Positions 9,602 through 21,860 of a DNA stretch of 64,000 nucleotides are shown in pieces. The notes under the pieces were generated by a model, which made no database searches, was not told the DNA's origin, and saw only the letters and a program-made list of their open reading frames with translations. Source of the DNA: Macrostomum hystrix (Eukaryota; Animalia; Platyhelminthes); contig CATNEN010000038.1 of NCBI GenBank assembly GCA_950097015.1, forward strand, positions 2,914,001 through 2,978,000, written 5' to 3'. The translations under genes were made by a program, and so were the position numbers. Position 1 is the stretch's first letter, and every line of letters begins with the position of its first letter.

Positions 9602-9744
9602 CTACCTTCCAAGTGGATGACGAAGTTGTAAGATGACGAAGTTGTAAGATGACGAAGTGTCTAGGATCCAGTGTTTTCACTATAGTAGCTAATTTATTAG
9701 TAAACAAATAGCACCCGTGTTGACAGAGATAGGGTCTAAGAAAC

Positions 9745-10137
9745 GGTAATCGAACATGCGCGACGGTCGGCTAATAGGCAACTCCGAACATGCTCTTTGT
9801 TCCGAGAACATGTTCTTTTTGATTTATAAGGCTTCGTATTGTAAAATATATATATGTAGCTACATGCTGAATGCGCCGTTGAGAGAAAACTATATTGCTG
9901 GCTAATATGTACGTTAAGTGCTGGTGAACTAGGATATTACTAGACATGGTTTAACTCTGCCTTGTTTGTTGACCTCATGCCAAGGAAGGCATAGTTTTTT
10001 ATTCATCATTTTTTCTTCACCTAGCGGTATTTAATATACATTAAGTAGCCTTATTAATTTAAAGGAACATGTTCTCGGAACAAAGAACATGTTCGGAGTT
10101 GCCTATTAGGCGACCGTCGCGCATGTTCGATGTAGCC
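9745..10137. mobile_element. MITE with about 65-bp terminal inverted repeats
   Basis: ATCGAACATGCGCGACGGTCGGCTAATAGGCAACTCCGAACATG..TTCCGAGAACATGTTC (9749-9815) has its reverse complement at about 10066-10131. Ends are GG...CC. Possible degenerate 8-bp TSD TAAGAAAC/TAAGAGTC. Confidence 0.75.
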
Positions 10138-12049
10138 TAAGAGTCGTCAACACGGCTGGTTTGTCTCTGGGACTAATCTGATTAACTATTTTATGATTTA
10201 AAGATAATATTTTAATCTTTAAAGTGATTTAAAGTGATTAGGTGACATTAACTGTCACCTAAATGGCTTGATGAATATTAAACTATTGATTGAAGCCTAT
10301 TAGATAAATTATTTTGTCGAGCCTGACTGAGCCTAACTAAAGATCCTCGTGCGAGGGGTTCTCTTCCCCAGGTTCTAATGCTGCCGGAGCTTAAATTGCC
10401 ACTCGATCATCGCTTTCTCACAATTTCTCAATTCTTATTGCCAACTATAGCAGCCTGCAAAAAAATTGAGTTCCGGGAGGCGACGCGCCAAGATTTTTTC
10501 TTTTCGAATGCTTCGATCACCATCGCGTACTTTAACGTGTGAAACGCGCTCTGTCCAATGTAGTAACACGTATGTACGTCATTGTGGAAGCCCGCAAGGC
10601 CTATATTGACTCGCTGTACAATATCGTGTGGCTACTGCACGACGTTTTGCCTGCCCAATTGTAGGTGTAGCCGCGTGGTTCGATCGATCGATCGAATAAA
10701 TTAAGTTCGTTATTATGTACTTTTAGAAACCGAGCTATAGCGCTGCAGCAGAAAACCGAGCTTTTTATGATTAATATTCCAAGCATTTAGTAATCTGTAA
10801 CATGTGCTTTTAGTATTTTCAAACGTCTTACGCGTAGCTCGTTATTAACTCAAATGTAGTCTGTCATACATGTATTATACTTGTAACTTTTTAATCGATA
10901 ATCGTACTTCGTACATAATCATGAAGCACATCAAATATGACTGGCGCTGAACCAGTATAGGCCCCTTAATATAATTTTCAACAAAGAAATTTAATAAAGA
11001 TGAGACTCACGTCTGGAAAGCGTAACCATAGCACAAAGTTCAGAGATCTTTTCTCGATAAAGGCTTTTGTTTATTTTTAAATTAATTGTAGCTCGTAGAT
11101 CACATGAAAATCAAAACAACTCGTTTTTTCTTGATGGTTGAAAGTGGCGAATAAAGTTGAGATTTCTGAGAAAGGAAAACATATTTAATACATATAGTAT
11201 GAACCAATGTTAGCAACAGTTGTGTTAACTAACCCACCCAGTTGAATATCTCAAAGATATTTGACTATATTTTTGTAGATAACGCTGAGCCATGATTTTT
11301 AAGCCTTTTAAATTAAAAAATGCCGTTGCTTAATTTACAGAGCTATGCGTGGGATTTTAACTGATTCCTAAATCGTAATTTAACATTCAATAATATACAA
11401 AGCTACCGCCCAATGGTTTTTTAAGCATTGCAGTTGCAATTTTCTGAAATTTCCATCCACCTTGTGTTTATCCATCAGTCAGGATTATTAATTACATTAA
11501 TTATAACCAAGAGGCAATTGCTATGTGCATGGGTTGTGCGCGTGCGCGGGCTGTTGCTAAGTCAATAAACGAACGTACCATTGTTAAAATAATAAGCAAA
11601 ACGGATTTCGGTAAAGAGATGCACTGGTCAGGAGCACAAAAAAACACATGGTTTGAATATAGCATATAGGATAGGCGCGAATGTACGTTTTGTAACAATT
11701 AAAAAAATTTAAATCTTCTCTTTCCTATAGATCGCATTCTAGCAGAACCCGGCGTGTACTTCTATTGTGGGAAAATGTACTCCGTGAACCAGAGGGCAGT
11801 CAACGCACAAAGTGAACTACACATTGTTTAATAGTTATCATATAGAGAATGCGGCATTAGCAACAGGCAATGCGGAAGGGTTGGCTTTTCTGATTTCGTA
11901 GCTACTCAAAAAATTGCGTGCAGAACTATAAGGAATTTGCTGGTTCTAATAAAAATTCCATTTAGCTAAAAAGGTAAGGATAACAAGGGATATAGAATTA
12001 AAATATAAAATTGCACTAGAAACTCATTCAACTCAAATAATTCAACTCA

Positions 12050-12410
12050 AGAAGGGATGAGACAGGAGAGATGAGACAGGAGAGATGAGACAGGAGAGAA
12101 GAGATAGGGGAGAGATGAGACAGCGCGGAGAGGTGAGACAGGATATATGAGACAGGGGAGATGAGACAAGAGAGATGAGATAGGGGAGATAATACAGGGG
12201 AGAGATGAGACAGGAGAGATGAGACAGGAGAGATGAGATAGGGGAGAGATGAGACAGCGGAGAGGTGAGACAGGATATATGAGACAGGGGAGATGATACA
12301 GGGAGAGATGAGACAGGTGTGAGATGAGACAGAGGAGATAATACAGGGCAGATGTGACAGGAGAGACGAGAAGGAGAGAGATGAGATATGGAGAGACAGG
12401 GTAGAGATAA
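12050..12410. repeat. GA-rich minisatellite (GAGATGAGACAGGA-like)
   Basis: Degenerate tandem units; reverse complement of the array at 17910-18275. Confidence 0.9.
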
Positions 12411-13181
12411 GATTTGAAGTAATGGGACAGTGCAGGGTGCGATTTGAGTTGAACTGTTCTCACATTAATTTCGATATGCATTTCTAATAGCAGAATGAAG
12501 TAGCCCGAATCCAGATTTAAAGAGAATCCCAGTTGAGTTTACGTGGCCACTATACTCGTAAAAATGAGCACCTGCGTTATTGAGCTAAAATGATGTACAG
12601 TACGCATGCGCACAGCTTGCTAAAATAGCAAAATAGGAAAATGTAAAGCAAGAAAAGCATGCTGGCTTGGGTCAGGATTAGGAAAGTTGCGAAATTTGAA
12701 TTTAAAAAAGCAAATTAGGTCAAATTAAAAAGATCAAATGTACAGTTACCAATAGACTGAGAACCGTTTTTCAGGCAATTTTATCTAAAGGCCAAGAAAG
12801 CTATGATTTTTTAGCATGTACCAGGGAATAGTGAACTTGGCTCGGTCGCTTCTGAAGAGATTGCTGGCAATTGTCACTGCTGGCAATTGTCACTGATGCA
12901 GTCAATTGTCACTGATGCCGTCAATTGTCACTGATGATGTCAATTGTCACTGCTGGCAATTGTCATCATTGTCATTGTCAATCGTGCTGTTAATTGTCAC
13001 TAATTCTCACAGCGAGTATAAAAACTGTCTGCTGATGAGAAGGTGATCACAAACGTACAGTTCTGTGTGAGTGTTCGCTCTGGCGTCAGCACTAACCGCG
13101 CGCCGCTATTGGGTATCGCGAACGCTAACTATAACAAACACACCCTCCCCCGGTCAGTTTCGGCCAATCATGGCAAGCTAT

Positions 13182-16100
13182 TTAGGAGGCCTTTTTGAAG
13201 CCGCCGTCGGGTGCAACAGCGGAATCCGCTGCGCATCCCAACGCGTCACGCAACTTCGGAGGCGCATTGCGAAGCAGTACGGCCGACTGTTGCAACGACA
13301 TCGCGGGCAGGAGAGAGTCGCGGACGCTGCTCCGTACAGCCTGGCGCAGCTTGAGTAGGCTGCTCAAGTAGGTGGAATCTCGCCTGGTTTGGGCCACGCA
13401 GCCGCTGCAGCAGTGCACTTTGAGCACCTCGATCAGCTTGTGCTGCAGGCTGTACAGCTGACCGCCATCGTCCAGAATGAGTCGCTCTGTTGCAAGAGGA
13501 GGGAAAGAGGCGGATTAGGCTGAAAAGAGGGCGGATTAGGCTGAAAAGAGGGCGGATTAGGCTGAAAAGAGGGCGGTTTAGGCTGAAAAGAGGGCGGTTT
13601 AGGCTGAAAAGAGGGCGGATTAGACTAAAAAAGGGAGCGGATTAGGCTGAAGATAGGGCTATGATTTGGTAATATGTGCGGGTTAGAACGAAACGGAGGC
13701 GGATATGGGTCGGATTATTCAAATACGACATACGAGTAGGAATAAAACCTGGGGGTTGCAGATTTGGGCAGTCAAGGAGGCCATGAACCAAGTCTTAAGA
13801 CATACTTGAATTCCTCGTATTAGTCATATGTGTAATGCATGAATATTATGCATCTATTCCAGCCAGGCTTTAGTAAAGTGTAAACAGACAGTCGCTGGAA
13901 TGCACTGCGCGCCAGGCATCTTATCACCACCCCCGTTAATAATAAGACAGAGGTTGGGGTCATTGGGATCGTAAGGGGTTAGGATTTCACAGATATGGAT
14001 GGCAGAATGGTAGAGAAATCTCTGGAATGGGGTTCTCGGCGCCTGTGTAGTAAGCCGCCTTAGCCTGAATCTCCCCCAAGCAGGCAGTCATCACTTCCCA
14101 ATACCAGATATGAAATATCCCAGGCATAGACATCAATAGAAGAATTCCATGGGCTGTTGTGTGTGACCAGCCATAAGCTGACTGGTGCGTACAGGCCCCA
14201 GCTCACCCTCCTGCGGGTTGAAGAACAGCAGCAGGCTGGCTGCCAGCCCGCCGAATGCCTGCTTGTCATCGCGAATGACAGCCGCCATCTGACTGCTCAA
14301 GCTGCGCAGCGACTCAAGCCAGTCTAATAGGCGCAGAGTGCTCAGTTTCCATGGCAACAGGGGATAGCCGCTGTCTAGAACGAACTCCTGCTCCTGCTGC
14401 TGGGTAGCTCTGGGAATATGGAAATTTAAAGTAAAAAAAATGTATATTTACCTGTTCTGACAGGATTATTGCCCTTACAGGGTTATTTACCTGTTCTGAC
14501 AGTATTATTGCCTGTTCTTACAGGGTTATTTACCTGTTCTGACAGTATTATTACCTGTTCTAACAGTATGATTACCTGTTCTGACAGTATTATTACCTGT
14601 TCTAACAGTATTATTACCTGCTGTGACAGTATTATTACCTGTTCTGACAGTATTATTACCTGTTCTGACAGGATGTTTACCTGGATACACAGGATATTTA
14701 ACTATTCTGACAGGATATTTACTTATAAGAATAGATATTCACCTGTCAGAAGCAGTACCCAATAAGTAAATGAATATAATCGCAACATATTCATAATCGC
14801 AACAATGAACCGCACCTGTACGCGGCCCGCGCCACTACAACGTCCAATCCGTGGCAGACAATGAGCGCCGACTGGTCCGCCAACGACAGGTCAGCAAAGC
14901 CCGGCACCTGGCTGGCGAACTGCTCGGCGACATCCAGACTGGCTGACAGAGCCGAGCCGAACTCCGCAGCCAGCAGGTCGCAGCCGAGACTGACGCCGCT
15001 GCCGCACGAATCCCCCGGCGGAGCTGCCAGCAGCAGCACCGGCTCGCAGTTCAAATTGGCGCTGCTGATCACGCAGAGCATCGTAGCCTGCGGCGTCGAC
15101 TGCGTCACGGACGATGTTGATGATAAAGCGCCGATGCTGTGCTGCTGAGCTGCTGTACAGGCGACTGCTGTTACCGCGGCCGCGGCCACTGCGGCAACCG
15201 TAGCCGCTGACGAAGTCTTTGCTATTGAATCGGCGGCAGAGGCGACGGCTGATAGCGGTGCCGCCGCAACGGCGCAGTTCAAAATCGCTTCGCTTGTCGG
15301 GCTCGCGTACGGCGGCGTCGCTTTTGATGACAGACGACCGCGGCGGCCTTTCAGACTGTCGGACCGAACGACTGGGAAATAGATTCGGGATTTGGGAAGT
15401 CGTTAGAAAGTTCAAAACAAGCTAATGGAATGGGGGAAGATGGGGGATGGAAGACTGGGGATGGAAGATTGGGGATGGATGGGGAAGATTGGGGATGGAT
15501 GGGGAAGATTGGGGATGGATGGGGTAGATAGGGGATGGATGGGGTAGATAGGGGATGGATGGGAAAGATTGGGGATGGATGGGGAAGATTCTGTTTGGGA
15601 AAGGAATGGGGAAGATTCTGTTTGTGAATAGGATGGGGAAGATTCTAGGCGGGAAGATTCTAGATGTGATTCTGGCTCACCTTCCTTCACCATGCCAACT
15701 TTCAGGCACTTTCTGAATCTGCAGTGCTGGCAGCGATTTCGGCGTCTTTTATCAATGACGCAGTCGCTGCTGTGCTGGCAAGTGTACTGGGCGTTCTTCT
15801 GAATGGTGCGCTGTCGGTTTTCAAATAGGGATTAGTACTAGTTACCACAACCATCGAAATCTAGAATTCCAACCCCACTCCAATCTCCCCTCCCAGGAGT
15901 CACGGCTGCGCCTCACCTTAAAGAAGCCCTTGCAGCCCTCGCAGGTGCGCACACCGTAGTGCTGGCAGGACGCGTGGTCGCCGCACACCAGGCAGGCCTG
16001 GCCTTTCGATGCGGCCTCGTCTGCGGATGACGATTCGAAAGTTTCAGCCGGTGAGCTGCGCTCAGATTGAGCCGTTTCCATGGCAACCGTCGAAATAGGA

Positions 16101-16724
16101 GGCAAAGGCAGCTGCGTCAACGAAGGCAGCAGCTGCTGCGGCTGCGATGTCAGGGAGGTGACGGGCGAGGATCCGGGGAAAAGGTTCAGCGGCGCGGCAG
16201 CTGGGCCGAGTCGACCAGCGGAAGTTGCACTGCCCTGCAGGCCCGCCAGACTCGTCACAGGCGGCAAAGTGAAGCCCGGCAACGGCTGTGGGTAGCAACT
16301 AAAGTCCGACTGTTGACAGGCAAACACTGATTGCTGCTGCTGCTGCTGCTGCTGCCGTCCAGTGTATTCAGCCAGGTGAGCATCCTGCAGGCAGTACTCA
16401 ACGCTGGTCTCACCGGCTGATGTCTTCTCAGCCAGCAGGGAGTCCGCGGTCTCCATCTTCAACAGCAGAGTGGGCGGATTTTGTAGTTCGGCTTCGTTGA
16501 AGCCCAGGAGCAGCTGATGATGCTGCTGCTGACTGTCGCACGTAGTGGACGATAGCAGGACATCGCTGGGGCTGTGCTGATGATGCTGCAGCTGATGCTG
16601 GTCGCTTTCAATGAGCGGCTGTTGGCGGCGTGTCATCAGAAGCTGCGGCTGGCTGTCAACTGTGCCAAAAAGCCAGCCGCCGTGGTTAGACGTCAGCAAA
16701 TGTGGAAACTGCTGCGAGTACGAA

Positions 16725-16765
<41 letters not shown>

Positions 16766-16963
16766 ATGCTGTAAAGTGAGGCCAGACGGTATGGCCGGAA
16801 ATGCGAAGGCCGACTCTACACTGGTGACGAAGTCGAAGTCCGCGAATGCGCCATCGGCCGCGTGCAGCGGCGACGGCGCCGGTGACTGGCGGGCCTGAAA
16901 CTGCGGCGAGGATCGGGGAGCATCGGCGAACTGCGGGAACGGACCTGCGGCAGAAAAGTGCAT
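13182..16963 (-). CDS. NR4A: Nuclear receptor subfamily 4A (Nur77/Nurr1/Hr38-like)
   Basis: Exons 16963-15917, 15810-15681, 15371-14816, 14409-14207, 13486-13182, all with GT-AG junctions in compatible phases. [29 protein letters not shown]|[11 protein letters not shown]...[22 protein letters not shown]|[17 protein letters not shown] is diagnostic of NR4A. LBD signature [16 protein letters not shown]. The start Met at 16963 is inferred. Confidence 0.93.
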
Positions 16964-17072
16964 CTGAACTCACCTGGTCGTGCAGCAGCATTGCCCCTGT
17001 GGCCTGCAATGTTGTCCCTCCCGCTGCAGAACTGAAGAGACCCAGGAGAAGCCAGGATGAGGCACTGTTGGG

Positions 17073-17177
17073 ATTTAAATAGGGAATTCGCTGCTGGGAA
17101 GCTTGGGATGGGACTACAAGCTGTACGCGCCAGCCAGGTCACGTGACTTGGGCCAGTCAGCTGGCGTCATGGATTGG
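17073..17177 (-). promoter_or_regulatory. Putative NR4A proximal promoter
   Basis: On the minus strand: TATTTAAAT (17073-17081), palindromic E-box GTCACGTGAC (17138-17147), CRE-like TGACGCCA (17162-17169) and CCAAT (17173-17177), clustered 110-215 bp upstream of the ATG. Confidence 0.5.
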
Positions 17178-17909
17178 CGGGCAAGAAAGAATGGCCCTCT
17201 CCGTTGTTTCGAATTCCGAATATCCCGGATAGAAAATCTCATCCTTGAATCCCGGAAAATCCCCGAGTGGCCCGAGCTGTATAAACCTGGGGTTGTTTAA
17301 GGCGTGTGTATGTGTATATGTGTATGTGTATGTGTGTGTGTGTGCGTGTGTGTTTCCAGGCGGGTTGGATCCTGGGAATTCCGACTGGAAGCGAAGTCAG
17401 CATCCCACTGGGAACTATTTTCTACTTTTTTTCCAAAGCGATACCATCCCATCCCATTCCATGCCATATGGGATGTATTTCTACCTATTAGGCGGGAACA
17501 GAGGCAATGGGTAGTCGTGTTGTCGGCTTAGCAGAAAAGTCTAGCAAAAGCAGTTGCTTGCGACAGTGTCCAGAGGTTAATAGTTTCCGTGCCGTCAAAG
17601 TTGCCCAGTTTTCGGCAGTTGTGCGCGAGATCTTCGACAGAACAGAAAAGAATAGAAATTTCTGGCTGGGGATAAAAGCATTATCTTTTGAAGCAATCGC
17701 GGTGAAATTCGCCTAGTTGAAGGTCCAGTAGAGACCGTCAAGTCGACAAGCTGACGACTTTGGATCGCATGGCAGGGCTTTATTGAGTTCATAATCTCTG
17801 ATATTGCACATCTGACCTGTATAATTTGTCCCCTGCCTCATTCCACCCAGTCTCACATCTTCCAGGTATAATCTTCCCGCTGTTGTCTCTGACCGTTCTC
17901 ATCATTCAC

Positions 17910-18275
17910 ATGTCTCATCTCTTACCTCTCTCAGCTCTCCTGTCTCATCTCTCCCCTGTCTCATCTCTCTCCTGTCTCATCTCTCTCCTGTCTCATATCT
18001 CCCCTATCTCATCTCTCTTCTGTCTCATCTCTCTCCTGTCTCATATCTCCTGTCTCATCTCTCCCCTATCTCATCTCTCTCCTGTCTCATCTCTTTCCTG
18101 TTTCATATCTCCTATCTCATCTCTCCCCTATCTCATCTCTCTCCTGTCTCATCTCTCTCCTGTGTCATCTCTCTCCTGTCTCATCTCTCTCCTGTCCCAT
18201 CTCTTTCCTGTCTCATTTATATCCTGTCTCATTTATGTCCTGAGTCATCTCTTCCATGTCTCATCTCTCTCCTGT
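17910..18275. repeat. CT-rich minisatellite (TCTCCTGTCTCATC-like)
   Basis: Degenerate tandem units; inverted copy of 12050-12410. Confidence 0.9.
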
Positions 18276-19085
18276 CCACAGTCGATGCGGCCGACAGTCG
18301 TCTTTAGGATTATTTTTGTCATCCGGTGAGGTAGATAAGGAGGCCAACCCATGTTTAAATTCGCGTGCTTGTCCGCAGAGTCGCATCTAACAAGATGAAC
18401 TAAAAGCCGGGCAGACTTTCGTTAGAGGACAAAATTGTTTAAGTTGGGTATTAAAAAATCTGCTTCGGCGCAATGGTCTCCAAGTATGTCGACGAGGAGA
18501 GTAACTTTAAAGGCTTCGTGGGAGACTGCGGACATAATGGTACAGGACAATAAGACATCTTATACAGGCACTGGAGTGGCTGCTGCGTTGAGAGACAAAA
18601 AGTACCAAAAGACAAGAAAGCTAGAAAGCTTTCGTACCAGCGATCCAAACTGTCATATTCTCCCCAGTCCCCCTTCTTCTCTGCTTCCCCTCAAAGCCTT
18701 CAATTCAGTTATAGCACCTGACAGGAAATAATACAGAGAGGCACTGCTGCCACTGCTGCCGCCGCAGCTGCTGCTTCCACCAAAGGGCAGAAGAGGAAAA
18801 GTAGAGGTAGAGATTAAACAGAGATACAGATTTGTGCTTTCGGATTCAAACAGCGAGAGAGACAAGCCTTGCAGCGGTTGTCCATGCAATTTGTACCTCA
18901 CAGAAGCAGCACTTTCAGAATGCGCCCATAAAGCTGCGCTGCACATCCCACCAGAGATGAAGCACGCTAGACATCAATGAAACGAATGAATGAAAATGGC
19001 GATGTTCTGGAACATTCTGAACTGCAGTGACCGAGTGAGAGTGGAGCCACTGCGACACTGCCACCAGGGCTGCTCCGCCACACTT

Positions 19086-19086
<1 letters not shown>

Positions 19087-19146
<60 letters not shown>

Positions 19147-19290
19147 TCTGGGTGTCTGTCGGTTCTGGGTGTCTGTCTGTCTGTCTGTTCTGGGTGTCTG
19201 TCTGTCGGTTCTGGGTGTCTGTCTGTTCTAGTTGTCTGTCTGTTCTGAGTGTCTGTCGGTTCTGGGTGTCTGTCTGTCTGTCTGTTCTGG

Positions 19291-19327
<37 letters not shown>
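19087..19327. repeat. (CTGT)n microsatellite with GTTCTGGGT interruptions
   Basis: Direct inspection. Confidence 0.9.
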
Positions 19328-19813
19328 GCTGCAGCTACTCGCCTGTCCCAGCATTTGACTCGCAGTCACGTGGCTACAGACAAATTCCAGGCTTCTGGCC
19401 CTGCGGGAAGCCTATGCAGTTAGCCGGTCTTTCCACATCGCACAAAGCAGCAGTTTTACAACCCTCAGAATTTGCACCATTGGGAAAACTCTCTGGGCTG
19501 CTCGCATGAAAGCCACAGTGGGGGCGGAAAGCGGTCATGTCAAAATGTTATCTTACTGCATCTGAACAGAATGACCTCACTGACACGGCAGATCCGAACT
19601 GGCGGTTCACTAACATTTCGCATCTATAGGCTTCGTGGCACTTGTTTATTAGTTGCAGCATCCAAATTAATATTCTGTGTCAGATTTCTGACAAATTTAA
19701 TGATCCATTGCAGCACATGGTTCAGTCAGTTGACATTTCATAATGCAGCGCATCTATTTCTAAGTGATAGAGCATTCAGACCAGCAGTAAAAGCTTTGAA
19801 CTTCTGTCTACGA

Positions 19814-20312
19814 GACAAGTATCCTGTCTCACAAGTATTCTGTCTCACAAGTATTCTGTCTAACAAGTATTCTGTCTCACATGTATTCTGTCTAACAAGT
19901 ATTCTGTCTCACAAGTATCCTGTCTCACAAGTATTCTGTCTCACAAGTATTCTGTCTAACAAGTATCCTGTCTCACAAGTATCCTGTCTCACAAGTATCC
20001 TGTCTCACAAGTATCCTGTCTACCAAGTATCCTGTCTCACAAGTATCCTGTCTACCAAGTATCCTGTCTAACAATTATCCTGTCCAACATGTATCCTGTC
20101 TAACAAGTATCCTGTCTAACAATTATCCTGTCTAACAAGTATCCTGTCTAACAAGTATCCTGTCTAACAATTATCCTGTCTAACAAGTATCCTGTCTCAC
20201 AAGTATCCTGTCTAACAAGTATCCTGTCTAATAATTATCCTGTCTAACAAGTATCCTGTCTAACAAGTATCCTGTCTAACAATTATCCTGTCTAACAAGT
20301 ATCCTGTCTAAC
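19814..20312. repeat. 16-bp minisatellite ACAAGTATCCTGTCT(C/A)
   Basis: Direct inspection, about 30 units. Confidence 0.92.
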
Positions 20313-21066
20313 ATATCGGTTCCATAAAATCTCCTGTTTCACACTATGCTGTAAAATAAGGTAGTCACATAAATCGGATAGCGAGCGGGACTAGCCACAA
20401 AGCGTTGATGGCCTGTCTGTTCTGGCCAATGAAATTAGCCAATTACTGAACTTTTTTTATTTGCTAATCCAAACCGGTAAAAGCGCAGAAGGCGGGAACA
20501 AAAAATATGTTGATCTACCTGACAGGAAACAAACTCAGGTGCGCCATTTTTTGTTTCCTGGGACTGGCAATCAATTTGCCTGGCGGTTGCCGCAGCTCCT
20601 CCCGCGCAGGGCCCTTCGGGGGTAACGGCACCGTAATTGCTTCGTTAGAACTGTGCGCCGCTGCAGTGGCAGGACCTCCGCTGCTGCTGCTGCTGCCGCT
20701 GCTGCTGCCCGAGATTCTTCAGACTCCTCCTTATCCCATGTTCCTCTGTGCCTGATTCTCCCCCATTGCTGCTGTGGCAGGACCTGTATTGCGCAGTGCT
20801 ATATATTAGCTGCGGTGTGCTGTGCCTTTTCGGCTTGATCAGCAACAGCAAAGAAAATTATTGATACTTTTTTGTTCTTTTCTTTTTTCTAATTTTCCTT
20901 CTGGAGAATTTCTGGCCGAGAGAGAATATTTGATTAATCAGTGGGTCATTTCGCCCGCATCATCACTTCACCGACTGGGATCGACTTGGTGCGTCATGAC
21001 TGTGGGCTGCATCCATGCAAACTGCATGGGAGTTCATGATGGCTGAAACATTACGCTACGATCTCA

Positions 21067-21860
21067 AGACCACACCAGACCACACTAAACCACACCAGAC
21101 CACACCAGACCACACAAGACCACACCAGACCACACCAGACCACACAAGACCACACCAGACCACACCAGACCACACCAGACCACACCAGACCACACCAGAC
21201 CACACCAGACGACACCAGACCACACCAGACCACACCAGACCACACCAGACCACACCAGACCACACCAGACCACACCAGACCACACCAGACCACACCAGAC
21301 CACACCAGACCACACTAAACCACACAAGACCACACCAGACCACACCAGACCACACCAGACCACACCAGACCACACCAGACGACACCAGACCACACCAGAC
21401 CACACCAGACAACACCAGACCGCACGAGACCACACCAGACCACACCAGACCACACCAGACCACACCAGACCACACCAGACAACACCAGACCGCACGAGAC
21501 CGCACGAGATCACACCAGACCACACCAGACGACACCAGACCACACCAGACGACACCAGACCACACCAGACCACACCAGACCACACCAGACCACACCAGAC
21601 CACACCAGACCACACCAGACAACACCAGACCGCACGAGACCACACCAGACCACACCAGACGACACCAGACCACACCAGACGACACCAGACCACACCAGAC
21701 CACACCAGACGACACCAGACCACACCAGACGACACCAGACTGCACGAGACCACACCAGACCACACCAGACCACACCAGACGACACAAGACTGCACGAGAC
21801 CACACCAGACCACACCAGACCGCTCCTAACCGCGGCAGGACACACCAGACCACACCGGAC
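21067..21860. repeat. 10-bp minisatellite ACCACACCAG
   Basis: Direct inspection, about 78 units. Confidence 0.95.

Larger units (their letters stand above)
413..9669. mobile_element. Non-autonomous DNA transposon (MITE, about 450 bp once the LTR element is removed), Merlin-like or other 8-bp-TSD family, split by the Gypsy insertion
   Basis: The left end GGTACCTGGACACTTCGTCATCTTACAACTTCGTCATCCA (from 413) is the imperfect reverse complement of the right end ...GATGACGAAGTTGTAAGATGACGAAGTGTCTAGGATCC (to 9669). An 8-bp direct repeat AGTGTTTT flanks it at 405-412 and 9670-9677. GATGACGAAG motifs recur internally. Confidence 0.85.
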
